A stretch of 63,318 bases of DNA, the filler included, from Choristocarpus tenellus KU-1152 (taxonomy: Eukaryota > Protista > Phaeophyceae), in the NCBI GenBank assembly GCA_964200185.2. It is 10 parts of 10 records of this genome, joined end to end, with 100 filler letters (N's around TTAATTAATTAA, not from the genome) between each part and the next. Parts side by side here need not be neighbours in the genome. Positions count along the whole stretch, not along the records: positions 7,776 to 15,506 come from CAXNAD020005667.1; positions 15,607 to 27,381 come from CAXNAD020002144.1; 8 more parts are not named here. One strand, written 5' to 3'. The notes beneath the pieces are model-generated. The model did not search any database, was not told the origin of the DNA, and saw only the letters and a program-made list of their open reading frames with translations. This document shows, piece after piece, positions 12,161 to 25,200 of this stretch (position 1 is its first letter; each line of letters starts with the position of its first letter). The translations under genes were made by a program, and so were the position numbers.

Positions 12161-14966
12161 ATGCTGCTCCTCTCAACCTATGCAGTGCTTGCTGCAGTCC
12201 TTACAGCAGCTACCGCAGGTGAGGTGATCAAGGTCACCCCAAGCGATTCGATCCAGGTGAGGTCAAGTATTGGAAAAAGGTCTTTTACCGCAATTCAAAC
12301 CTTTGTTCGTCCCACCTATGCAACTGGTCCTCCTCTGTTGTGCTGAGTGGCGAATGAAAAACGGGGCAACTAGAATGTCCGAGGGGAGAGCAACTCGCAA
12401 CAACAACATAACAGTATTTCTACCAGACGGTGCTTGTCTGCGGCCATCATCTTGCCACGATCTACATTACCGGACTTCAGTTTTCTTGAAACAGCTCCCG
12501 ACTCCCAAATGCAGCGCTTCTTATTTCGCAATGCCGAGCAAGTTCACTCCTGCAGCAGAGATGTCGTACTTAAAAGAATGACCACAAACTTCCGCCTTGC
12601 AAACACTCGTCTTGATCGCTAGGATGCGCTCGACAGAGTCAAGCCTGGAGATACAATATCCCTCACTGCAGGAGAGTACTTCGAAAATATCGAGACCAAG
12701 ACTGATGGAGAAATCGACAAACGGATCACGATACAAGGTTCCGGTGAAGTAATACTCAGGGGCACAACCGAGTACCACAGGGTATTCGAGATTCATCACG
12801 ACTACTACACCATCGAGGTGAGGAGAAAGTCACTGGACACCTGAGATGGCGGGCGAGTAGTGAAGGATGCCTTATGATACAGTAAGAGCATTTTTATCCA
12901 CGTGTTGGAAATCCACAACCCTACAGAAATTGTACATCAGGCTCCAGTATATAGTAAAGGTGTAAGCATGCTCGGGAAATACGAAGTCATATCGTAAAGT
13001 AGGTGCTTTGTTTTCAGCATAATACATTAGTTCTTGATTTGAACAAGTATGAACCAACGTTGCTATGATGTAGTGTTCTGCTTAATGTACTAGAGAAGGA
13101 TAGACACCGGCTAAGCATGATCCAGTTTGAAACAGCAGGTTTTGCATTCCAAGTCTGGAAGATATATTTTGAGGCTCAAAACCCGGGTCAAACAGATTTG
13201 ATGTTATGTTCCAGCAACATTTGTGGACTGTGGTACCAACGTTTTCGATCAAACTTGGAAAGGATTGAGCGCTCTGCGATTAGGCATTTGATTAAGTTCA
13301 GCAACAATTATAGCTCTGCCCACTATTGAACTGTCAAAGCATTGCAAGAGATTGAGGAGAATGGTAAGGCAATTTAGCCCTACTCCACCCTTTTTGCATT
13401 GTACTACTCCTGATATTGTAGGCAACATTATCGCATTGTAATACAGATGTGAATATTTCCTACGTGTACCTAAGGAGGGGAGGAATTATCCAGCAAGGAG
13501 AGAACATGCAATGGAATGAGAAATTGACTTAGATTGGAGTACGCTTCTGGAGGATTGATCTTGTGGAAGAAGATGATTGTGTCGTCTTATCAATCTTATG
13601 TAGGACCCTTTACGAAGTCTTGTGCTATTGCTTCGCTTTTGAGAGCTTCCCATTTCTAGGTTTGTTTTTTCAATTCTAAGGTTTTTATTTTGCTTTCATA
13701 TTCCCAAAGAAGTCCCATGCCAACGTTTTGGGGGGCTACGCATTTTCCCTTTTCATTTCAACCAACAAGATACTTGACATCCTAATGGGGAAATCATGGA
13801 ACCTGCTTCAAATTGTGTTTTATGCTACAATATATGGCTATTGAAACCTCCTGTAAGACTATATCAGCCCTCAATAAATAACAAGATAGTAAAACCCACG
13901 ACTGATTCTGGTGACTCAGGTGCTAAATGACTTTCTTTCGTGCAATGCAGCACTGATTAAGCATGAATTCATCTGGTTCATGTGTCTAAGCCATACTATT
14001 CTATAATACAAATATTTATCTCTGCTCATTTGACTTCACCAAATACAACTATCAGCATTTATGTAACCCCGTCATCTGTCCTTTCAAACAACCCCACAAA
14101 GCATTTCACAATAGATGGGGAGTTCAAAGAGAATACAAATGTGTATTCTGATAAAGTACTATATATCCAAGGAGATAGAAAACCTCGTCTTCTTGAAGTT
14201 GGTTCGAACCAGTACCTATCAGCATTGGATGGGCTCATTGTTCGTAGCATGCAAATAAAAAATGCTGGGGGTGAATGCATGAGGATGAGGTACTTCGTTA
14301 CCTATGCAGAAATCTATGACAACACCATACAAGACTGTGGTATCCAAGACTACAGAGTGGAGCCAGATTCGGGTGGCAAGAACGGCGAGGGGCTATGTGA
14401 GTAATTTTCTGTGTCACTGGCAGTATTTCATTACATTTGTTATTCTCTTGGAGTGACTTCGCAGTAACTTATGACATGATGCTTTGAACAGTTGATAAAA
14501 TTCAACTATGATCATGGCACATCTTACCCTGAAAAACTTCTCAATGATGATGAAATAGGGCTTTGAGCCCTTCTTAAAATATTTTTTCATCAGTAGTGCA
14601 GTGGCACTAATCCAAAGCAAAACTCTATAAGCAATAGGCGGTCAAAATGATGGAAGCCCTGAAAATATCTGTGACTTGCATTAGACTTAAAGCAATACTC
14701 GAAATTAACGTAAATATTTTAGCTGTTTTGGGTCGTTAAGTAGGTAAACTTTGCTATATTTCTTGTCAGGACTGGCGGAATATGTATGGATAGGTTGTGC
14801 TCATGAAACAAACCACCACGCTTTATTGCCGCTTGTCACTTGTCATGTTCGCATTCCTGCAGACATTGGGACATCGTACTCTCAATGGGACAATGGAATA
14901 AACTATACCGATGAACCTGACGAAAGCAACTGGAACTGGGTGCACCACAACCACTTGAATACTATG
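12161..14966 (+). CDS. Secreted right-handed parallel beta-helix (pectin lyase-like fold) protein, 3' partial
   Basis: Exons 12161-12256, 12623-12817, 14102-14396, 14863-14966 have canonical splice sites and consistent phases. Signal peptide MLLLSTYAVLAAVLTAATA, then SIQDALDRVKPGDTISLTAGEY, NAGGECMRMRY, KNGEGLYIGTS, ESNWNWVHHN. Confidence 0.85.
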
Positions 14967-14992
14967 GTAAATTTACACGTAAATTATATCAA

Positions 14993-15155
14993 GAGCCAAA
15001 GTATCTGGGGAAGGGAGGGGTCTACACCAGGGTCAAAATAAGGAAAAGTGCATTTACATTATTCATCCGACGTTCAACCAAATCACCCAAAAATCACGAC
15101 ATGGAAAAATTGACCCCATGTAGACAGCCGCCACCCCCCCCAGATACATTGACCC
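14993..15155. mobile_element. MITE family B (ends ..CAAAGTATCTGGGG..). Other ends or partial copies at about 1-36, 7652-7675, 7776-7800, 29179-29295, 31311-31346, 55328-55349, 58578-58641
   Basis: gagccaaagtatctgggg...cccccccagatacattgaccc. The internal sequence recurs inverted at 29179-29295. It shares the AAAGTATCT terminus and the GTCCATTTGGG motif with family A. Confidence 0.8.
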
Positions 15156-17502
15156 CAAAGAGGATTCGAAATAAGGTCCGTCATCTGATAAAATACGTTT
15201 TAGAAGTGCAACATTTTGGTGGGGGATTAATGGAATAATATTACGTTACTTGGATTAATGCTGCGCACAAAATATTCGACATGTTCGATTCGTATGGGCA
15301 ATGCAATGCGTAAGATGTACAAAGGTATAAAATAGACAGTGCTACTCTTTGTGAGCAATAACATTTGAAGACATCAAAAGACCTATCCTGCATCTGTGTT
15401 GCGCTGCGGTTTTGGTTCCTGTTCCTGTGTTAAGTACAAATTAAAAAAATAATAGTCCATTGTGTAAATTCTGCATCGTCTTCATACGACGTTTTACATC
15501 AACCATNNNNNNNNNNNNNNNNNNNNNNNNNNNNNNNNNNNNNNNNNNNNTTAATTAATTAANNNNNNNNNNNNNNNNNNNNNNNNNNNNNNNNNNNNNN
15601 NNNNNNCCGGTGATTCTCTTCGCCACCCTTGCCTCAGTGAACCACGCCGCCACAGAATCACACGATTCACCAAAAACATTGATCTATTCACTATTTTACT
15701 ATGAGTTATTATCGTAATAGTTACCATACATTATTATCGTTCTATTTACATTATTGTTATTATTATTAATATAGTGGAGGAAATAATTGTGTTTTTTTGG
15801 GATTATTGGAAGTGAGTGAGGTAGATGATGGAAATTGACTGGTTGGTGGTACTGGTTGGTGGTAGGAATATGATGAAGAATATGAACAACAACGATTCTT
15901 GAGATTCTTCACTACTAGTTCCTCACCCACCTTCATACAGGTTTCCTGGAGGCATGTTAAGTGTGAACATTGGTTTGGGGGGACTATTTCCTAGACAAAA
16001 GACACTACTGTAAAGTTCAAGAGTAAAGGTTTTAAAAGTAATATTTGAGAAGCGACAACAACACCTCTCGTATACTTTAAGAAGTTTTGTAGTTTTCAAA
16101 TATATCTTTTCCCTCCTCTGACACATACGCAAAATGTCAGAAACAAAAATTCTATATCGTTTGTACAGGACATATTAAGTGTTATGGAAAGTGAGGTGAA
16201 GATGGTGAATGAGCGCAACCAACTCTTTGAGATGCTCGCCAAGGACGACCTCCTCAACCCTGTGGGTCCATTGGAGGAGGATGACGAAGCTCAAGCAGAA
16301 GGAAATGTGGGTAAGGGGGGAGAGACCTCCTCCTCCTCTGAAGAGAGCAATCAGGAGTGCGGCGTGACGTAGCTACTTAAGAAGGTGACCGAGATGTCAT
16401 AGCAACAGTGGCGTGATGGAGTTGGAGCAAGTCCCCACACGAGGAAACGGTTGTAGATCATCTATGAGGATAAACAGCAATACCAGCTGAAGGTATATCA
16501 GTGGTATGTAACCCAATGGATGCAGATATGGTGAACCTTGGTGGTCCCCTCACATGATGGAAGACGAAGGGGGATATTTTTGGAGAGTTGAGTAAGTTGA
16601 TATGAAAGTATTCGACTGCAAAGGCCACTCCAGCAGAGTCTGAACACTCTTTCTACTCTGGTGGCAACGCAGTCACTGCCAAGTGCAACTGTCTCCTCTC
16701 TCTTGGGATATAGTTGATGGATCTGTGGTGCTTCGCTCTTGTGGGGATGACTTTGGGTGCCCAAAATTGTAGAAGGTATAGGTGGTAGCAGGAAGTATGT
16801 AGATGTAGTGATAGTATAGCGATGGTGGAGATAAACGCAACACAACACCCTGTGTAGTAGTACTCCTATAACCACCTCTGACTGGACGCCCTTTCTCTAT
16901 CTACCTAGTAGGCTTGGGGTAGTATTGTAGTAGGACATGGTGTGGTTTTCTATTTCTTTGTTAGTTTACCGTGTTCGCCTTGGTTGTGTCACCCCAGACA
17001 CTGCACTAACTGTCGAGCCCAGTTGAATGACACAGCTTGATGAGTACATACACAACTCTATAAGTAGTGTGGTTTGGAATATTTATTGTAGGATGTAATT
17101 CTGACAGTGTGTGCTTTTCATCACGCTTGACCCACTTTTTGTGGTCGCATTCCAAGGAGGGCATACGATCTCTTCGTGGCAAAAGCAGAAAGGAGAGAAG
17201 AGGAGAGGGTAAAATTCCATTATATTTGACTTCCAATATCAAATATCAAAACTTCAACAATTTCTTTTGATGCGATATGTTTTATATTTGATATTGGAAT
17301 ATCAAATATCAATATATCTATATCTATATATATATTCGATTAAAAAAAAACTTGAAAGTCGATTTGTTGTGCAGTTAGTTCTACCCTCTACATTGAAATT
17401 TGAAAGAAGCTAGAGTGTCACACGCACCACGAACAAGTCACTTTGATAATTACTTGTGGAAGTAGTAAGTGGAAGTTCCTGATGTTCACATCTCATCAAT
17501 AA

Positions 17503-17565
17503 TTCTGTGGCTCAGTGGTTATCGGGGAAGCGACCTCACTAAATATCGGGGGTTGGATCCCTTCA
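17503..17565 (+). repeat. tRNA-derived SINE head or tRNA pseudogene
   Basis: A-box TGGCTCAGTGG at 17508-17518 and degenerate B-box GGTTGGATCCC at 17551-17561, at tRNA-like spacing. No intact cloverleaf is visible. Confidence 0.5.
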
Positions 17566-19111
17566 ACCCTAGACTTCACTCATCTACTATTTTTTATTAT
17601 TCTTGTTTGGGATGTACCAAAGGAGCGCCGAATCAAGATCTATTATGTGGAAAAGTTTCGGAAAAAAAAAAAACACTCGAGGAGGTGGGGTGACGAATAG
17701 TGGGAGTACTCAATCCAATGTATAACAACCTAAGGAGGAACAGAGACAGTGCAATTAGTCGCTATAGTGCAACAAATAGTCAGTAGATAGTACAAAAAGT
17801 AGTTGGGTTTTAAGTACCCCTGCCTGATGACAGATTCCCATGATCCTTCACAAATAATGTAAGAAAGCAAATAGAATAGTAATAGGAAATTATGTTCCAG
17901 GTCTGAGGTTGATTGGACCAGTCATTCTTAAGAACTGCCTCTAAATGTGAAGAGAATCTGTGGGTCCCTACTACCAGAAAGGGCATGACCAAATGTTATT
18001 GGTGCAACTTCTGACTTCTTTGTCTTCTCATGCGTTAACTGTGGACGACGACATGGTGACACACACAACATATTAAATATTTTGTCCGTTGAGTTGAGTG
18101 GATTAGCTTGAAGTTTCACACCATCATTTGGTCGTCCACTCGCTTTCTGTCCTCTATTTTGTATTCGTGTTTTTGATTTCACATATAGCCAGCTGCTTTT
18201 CTCCATCTCTGCCTCTCTGAAATTTTTCGTGATTTGATTATGAACATCTCTTAGAATATATAATTTGGGAAATAATTTTATGGGGTGGGGAGGAACAAAA
18301 CAAACGATTCTTTAGGGAAAACAAACTAACAACCAATGTGGAATTCTATCAGTTTTATAGCCTCTTACAAAACCACAGTCACACAAGATGCATTTTCGCA
18401 GTGTGTTGATACTTATCTTTCTCACCATGTTGTCATCCATACATTCAATACAGAATTGACATATATATCTTCATATTACTTATAGTAGTGTATGGGAAGA
18501 ACGTTGAAGAGATTATCGAATTCCTAGTACTAATTCTATGGGGTCAAAAAAACAACATTTACAAATACAAATTCCTCTAGAACTAAGAGAAGTAAGTCGT
18601 AAGTAATTCGGACTCTTCTATTGTTGTGGTCGTTTCTTTCGTCCCAATGACAACATCTCATAGCCATACGTCAGACATATTAAAATAATACAACAAAAGA
18701 CCATTATCGGCAGAACCCCCCATTCCCTAACCCTCTGACTCGACCTCCTCAACAATCTCTAACAAAAAAAGTAGACGTCCAACAGTGGATAGGTTCTGGG
18801 GTGGGAATTGGGGAAGTTGATATTAGAAGACCTCTTCTGTCATTGTTAGGTAGTGTTGTTGAAGGTGTTAGAAGTCTGAAGGAGCAGTGACTAGGTAGGG
18901 AGGGCGGGGATTCTTTGTCTTCGTCTACTGGCACATCTCTTGGCACTTACTGTAAACCTAGGCTGTGGACAAGAGTCTAAATTGGGATAACGTGCCATAA
19001 CTCCACAACTCCCCGAAGTCCAGGAAGTTAGATTCAATCGACTCCGTTTTTCTGTGCGGCTGGTGGTCTGAGGTGTAAGATTAGAATCTGTAGTGGTTCC
19101 TGGTTGTCGAC

Positions 19112-22100
19112 ATGCTAACTCGGAAACAGCAATGGCGCAGGACGAGGACGAGAAAAAATGCTTGGAGCGACTTGCCTCCTGACCTCCTCGATTCCATGAT
19201 GCCCGGGGGTGGTGGAATCAATAAATCGGCTTCCTGGGACCATAGCTTCGCCTTAGCGCTGCGAGTAAAGGCAGAGAGGGCCCAGGCAGAAGCAAGGCGA
19301 CTCCAAGCAGATAAAGCACGAGCGGCTGCCGCTTCCGCAAGACACATTCCGAGATCAGTCTCATGCTCGTCGCTCTCGGCTAAGCGCACCCTATTCCCAC
19401 GCAATTCTTCGAGGTTGAGCTTTGCTGGACAATTGGGGGTTTCCGTGAAAGGGAGGGGAAAGTACGTGAGCTTCGACACCCAGGTAAGCTCCTACGATAT
19501 TGGTACGGATGTAGCCTGTCAGATGGTTGCGGTCGTAGACGTAGAGCTGTGCTTCTTTTATGTACCATTCACGTATGGAATGCTTTGCCTCTATTCCATC
19601 ACTGTCTTCGTTCTTCCGGGTCGTTCGATAGGTTCTCGGGTTATCATCTCTTTACCCTTGTCTGCTTTGACCCAGCAGCCAAGGACATCATATCCGATAC
19701 GAGATTTCATCCCTGTGTTTGTGGTCTCACACATACACTTTGTGTCTAACGAGTTTCCCAAACATAAGATGCAAATTCAGCCGAGTTTAATGAGTATATT
19801 TTTAGATCGCGACAAGTTCCTATGGCAATGTGTATCACATGAGGCGGGGTGCGTCGTGTAAGCTCTGGATATTCAGAGCTAAGAAATGACTTGAGAGAAG
19901 GTATCACAACAGTTCAGACTTCGTGTTTATAATGAAGAGTTGAGAACGATGGCTGTGTGCGAGCTGTTTTTGTCGGGAGGAACCAACAGTCCTCTGGGTG
20001 TTACACTGTTGAATGGACTTACTCTTAGCACTCTTCGACATTGATTGGTAACGAACATTCAGGGGAGAGATACTGGTCGAATCTTGGGCAAGGGTCAAGG
20101 TACTTTGAACTCATGCTATTGTATTGATATGTTGTATTGTTACCAATGCTCCTTGGCAGTCCGTTAACACTGGGAGTTGGCGTGAGGATAATACCTTTGG
20201 GTTAAGGTTTGGGGGGGATACTGGGGAGTGTGCAACCGTTTCCTTTTCCAAGTGATGGGTATTTTGTCGCCAGACATCTTCATTGTGTTTGATCTTACTA
20301 GAGCTATTAGCTTTCCTGGAATGCGGTTTTTTGTTATATTTGCTTTGGTGGCCATCAAGTACCAGAAGTCATATCTAGTGAAGTATTTATTTGCCCACAA
20401 TGATCATATCTGTGTGATTTCATCCATGTTAAACTTGGGTGATGTAATGCCATGTGTATTGCAATTTTGGGAAGGATTGAGTAAGGCTTTCGGAATAACG
20501 TAAACCTGTTTTGTTTCTTGTTATGATGTGATTGGGATGTCATTCATAATGTATTTTGTAATCACATTTAACTCTTAACTTCCTCACTTGAGTGAACTGT
20601 GACACGGTAGTTGCACCTCACGTCCAAGACGAGTGCCACCGATCAGTCCTCATTGTTCAATAGATTTTCTTCCCTCTCCCTCACACTCATCATTTAACAA
20701 GGGTTTGCCACATTTAGAGTCTACCTTAACCCACTCTTCTTCACTCTCGAGAATGTAGAGTATTTTAAAGCCCTTCCAAACTTGCCTCCCTTTTTTTGCT
20801 GTGCTGCTGCTGCTGTGGGTATGCGTGTTGAATTCACTTTTTAAAGGTGAAAATGATCCTCATTCCGCGAAGAGAGGAGTACTCTCCATCTGAGCGTATT
20901 CTGATGTGGTGGGGTAGGGATGACTATGGCCGCTTCCGCCAGGTCCTGATTGAGTGGAAGCGTCGGAATGCAGACAAACTCCATGAGGGCGACAACATCC
21001 TCTCTATCAACCTCAGCACCATTGATGATGATGATGATAATGATAATGAGGGGCTGCTGCAGCAGCAGAAGCACCAGCTGACTGCGGAGGTCTCATCTCC
21101 ATCAGTGTCTGTGTTGGGTTTGAGGAAACAGACTGTGGATATGCCAGTGGCAGATACACCTCCCATTGCAGCCGCGCCCCCACCACCACCACCGACCCCT
21201 TCTCCTGCGACTCTACCATCCCTTGCCTCGGCAGCAGAGGAGGAGGAGGAAGAAACAAGGAAGGGTCGCATCGAGGGTGACAGAGGTGAAGGGCAGATGG
21301 TGCGAGGGTCCCTGGGAGGGCAAGGAGACAGACAGGTTCAAGATGATTTGGGTAGGTTGTCGGCTTCAGGAGAGGATGCACCCAACAAGGAGCTTGCTGG
21401 GAAGGAAGAGCTTGTCAAGACTGCGAGTATGGGTGGAGTGGAAGAGGGGAGAAGTGAGGGTGTTAGAGGTTCGGGTGATGGAAATGGCAAGGGGGAAGAG
21501 GGGGAAGACAGCATGGCATCAGATAAAGGGGAGCGACCACGACGAGCAGCTTCAGAGTCCTCCTTGTCATTGCCATCAAGAAGGAGGGCATCCACATCTT
21601 CAGCTTCTACTATGTCAAGGGCTGATGAAAAAATGGCCACAATGGAGGAGCTGCGGGCGTGGCACAGGAGCCGATCTGACTCGTTCAAGAAGAGAGGCTC
21701 CTTCCAACCGCTGGTGGATCATGGACGAAGCATATCCCTCCAAATTGGAAATGGGAACCTGCAGCCCCACGATGTGGTGTCAGTGCACCCACGTGCCCTC
21801 CTAGAGGGTGAGGGGGAGAGGGAGCTCAGAAAGGATGACACATGTGCTGGGGGGCTTCACACCAGGGGGGAGAAGGGGGTGTGTGGGGACAGAGCAAGAG
21901 ATTCCCCCTCTCTAAAACTCCTTGGGGATGAAGGACGAGGGAAAGAGGGGAATGCTATGAGACCCTGGGAGGGAATTGGTGAGGGATTCCGACTGCAAGC
22001 GGAACAGGTCCTTGAGCGGGGAGAGGATCTTCCCAGGATAGGCTGGTGCTTGGGGACACAACAGTTGGGTCTCAATGACATTTGTGATGAGAAAGACCGC

Positions 22101-22208
22101 CCACCTGTGGAGATCCAGGCGATTTCGAAACTGTCTATACGGTCCCGGGATTCTGTGGAGAACTTGAGAGAGCTTCAGGCGCAACGTCTGCTCTCTTTGT
22201 CTGCTTGA
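19112..22208 (+). CDS. Two-exon, about 577-aa, mostly disordered protein with an RVxF-type (PP1-docking-like) module
   Basis: Exon 1 is 19112-19483 (CAG|gtaagc) and exon 2 is 20847-22208 (ttttaaag|), phase 0. The junction reads KYVSFDTQ|VKMILIPRREEYSPSERILMWWGRDDYGRFR. Confidence 0.8.
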
Positions 22209-25200
22209 TGGGTGTGGACGTTTGTGGGTGTCTTTTGGTTACAGTCTGGCTGGGATGTTGAACTGTTGGTGGCAATGGTACACGCTTACCAGCAGGGGGG
22301 CTAGCAGGGGGGAAGGGTCACATTGTCTTGCCTGTGCTGCTGTCCTCAGATCTGTTGCTCACTTCTGTTCTTTAATTTTTTGTTGTTGTAACAATCAATT
22401 GAAATCGTGAGCCATTATAGGTGCTTGTGTTGTTGACCTTGGTGCCAATGGTAAAACGCCTCTTTGTTTTGTGTATCGATTTGATTTGATTTGATTTGAT
22501 TTGGTTGTAAGATTTTGGCATGGTTAGGGTTAGGGTTAGTACCATACAAAGCATTCGTTGATGTCATTGTAGCCATGCGTGGATCAGGGTGTTTTGGGCG
22601 TGTTAAAAATGCTCCGTTGAGGCAGGAAGAGTATTCTCTTTTAGGACTAGTGAGAGGGGAGAGGTGTGATGGTATAGGTGTGTGTGAGGGAAGGTTGAGA
22701 GGAGAGGGGGTGTTGATGACTTAGGTCGAAAGCGGCCTACATTGGGTGTTGACGTTGTTCAGTAGAAGGGGCTGGCAAAGCAGCGGGTTAAATTATGTAG
22801 GTGTGCGGTACATGTCGTTAATATAAATAGCCGCAATTTTGGTGTTAGGGTGTGTGTTTTCCGTTTTTGCCCTTGTTGTGGTTCATCTAAACGGTGTGTG
22901 TGGGGGAGGGGGGGGAGGGGGTGGAGGGGATTATTGCCGCAGCAAGTTGCACGTGTTGTCCTTCACTTCAAAGAACAGCAAAATTTGCCACTTGGGATTT
23001 TTTCGAGTGCTCCTCACAAATTGGTGTTTTTCAGTTGTGGAATGCTGACTTCTGGGCAATGTTGTCTTACTAAAGGTGGATAAAGGTACGGTTCATTGGA
23101 GGGATACAAATGGAGGAGAGGGGTGCAAGCTCACACGGCCGGGGCCTCTTCCTTTTGTCTCGATGGTTGTTCTGCGCTAGCTTGTTCGTATTCCCCCATT
23201 GCAAATAGTGTGTGGGCGAAACAACAGCAAGCAGGCAAACGACAAGCGAGTGGAGTCAACCAATCCGGTGTGTTCATGTGTATGTGTTGCCTGTTCTGTG
23301 TATGTGTATGTGTCATGTGTTGTTACGTTACGTTACGGTTGTCCAATTCGTTGGGTGCTCTGAAGACCGCCTTCCAAGATCCAAGAAACATTTCAGGAGA
23401 GTAAACAAGAAAATAAGAAATGGGAAAGAGCAAAAAGGTGTCGTCATCAGTGTTCTGTCTTGCCTTTGAATCTTCTTGCTGCCTGCAACAAAAGTGCCCC
23501 ATGTCCCTTCAAACACCTTTTTTTAGTTCCGTGCACTTAAAAAAAACATGTACTACTGCTGCCATTCTCAATGCTGAACCAAAAGTACAGTACAGGTCCA
23601 CGCTCATAGATGTGGACCTTGGCTTGTAGGTTGATGAACTCCAACGCGATGTGGATCAAGCTGTGTGGCCCCAGACCTGGACCCGAACATGGTGCTCACT
23701 CACTTCCAGAGTCTGGACCTTGAGTTCTGCTATGATGAATGAAATATTTTTCATGGGCGTTAATTGAGGTTTTTCCACAGGTACCTCACAGTGATGTTCC
23801 ACACAGGTACGTAAGTGCATTGGCGTGTGTGGGTTCTGGTACCTCTTCCTAAGACTCCCCAGCCCAGTCTGGACCTGACACTATCGTACTATAGTCTGAG
23901 ATTTGGATATAAACCTGGTAATGTGGGACGAGTGGTGGTCATGCAGGGACTGGACCGGCTGCTCTACTGTGGATGGAGCACTGTGGGACCTGTGAGACCT
24001 TGACTACTGTGGAACCTGGCGTGTGAGAGTTTACTATTCATTGTCCACACTACCACCACATTCCATATCGCCAATGATAGATGATCATGTCAGGGCATAG
24101 GGACCTCAACAATGTAAACATGCCTTAGGACATCTATATGTGGTCCATGTGACCTCTACTCGGACCTGGCCGACACACCGTACTCAGACTGCTGTGGTCA
24201 AACTAAACCTGGACGCAGCATTGTGGCTTCAACCAAAAGAAGACCCTGACACAGTAGTAGAGTTTTGTAATGTATTTTGTAGTCAGAACTGGAGCCGCAA
24301 CCCTTGTTACAAATGGGTTGATATTCGTAGAAAGCCCTGATAACATGGTGACCTCAAGTTTTCATAGATTGTGCGAACATTCATGCAGTATTTATAGTTG
24401 TTGAGTTTCAGTGCGTTGATTTTTTGGGTGCAGTTGCAGTGAAGGAGTCATTTGAACCTTGACATTGTGACTTTCTTCTATCTGCTGGTGGATCCAACAA
24501 CTTTCGACCCTCAGATTCGCTCTGCTTGATCAGCACTGTAGACCCATGATACTTGTATTTGGACCTGGTGCTCCTACTAGAGTTGTGTGACGAGGGTTTA
24601 GAACTGTCTGGATGCGACTCTGCAGTCTGGGCATGGTGTTGCTGCCCCAGAATTCGATGTATATATGGTGCTGAGGCAGAACACCTTGACTGCTGAGACT
24701 TGATGAGACACGAGCATGCTTACCTCCCTCACAGAGGAACTTCTAACTAGGAGGGAGTGGTGGCGCTTATTGTCCAAGATTATAAGTGCTTGGTTACTGT
24801 TTTTTAGTGGCCCTGCATCTGTTAGTCCACCAACTTCACTATTCATGTTCACTAGTAGTGTATTAGTTGTGTGTATACGTTTAAGAGAGATTGCTTCTCA
24901 TTGCTCAGTCCAAGAAATTTCCTGAGCTTGGTACCATATGGGACAAGCTGCCACGAAGCAGACAGCCTCAATAATCTCTCTCTCTCTCTTCCTCTCTCTC
25001 CTCTCTTTCTTCCCCTATCTCTTTCTTCCTCTCTCTTTCTCTTGCAGGTAGGTCTGGTCTCTTTGTATTTCTGCTTAGAATGAAATTTCTTCGTTATAAA
25101 TATCTACAGTAGAAACAGGACATCAACGGATATATATATTTTTATGTCTAGACTACTTTGACATGTAAACAAGGCATTGTCCAATCAATCCTGATCGCGG

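Noticed and set aside
19484-19861. Hydrophobic C-terminal half of the 249-aa ORF
   Set aside because: It is read-through into the intron after a strong CAG|gtaagc donor.
20841-22184. Antisense and alternative-frame ORFs over the 453-codon exon
   Set aside because: These are shadow ORFs of GC-rich coding sequence.
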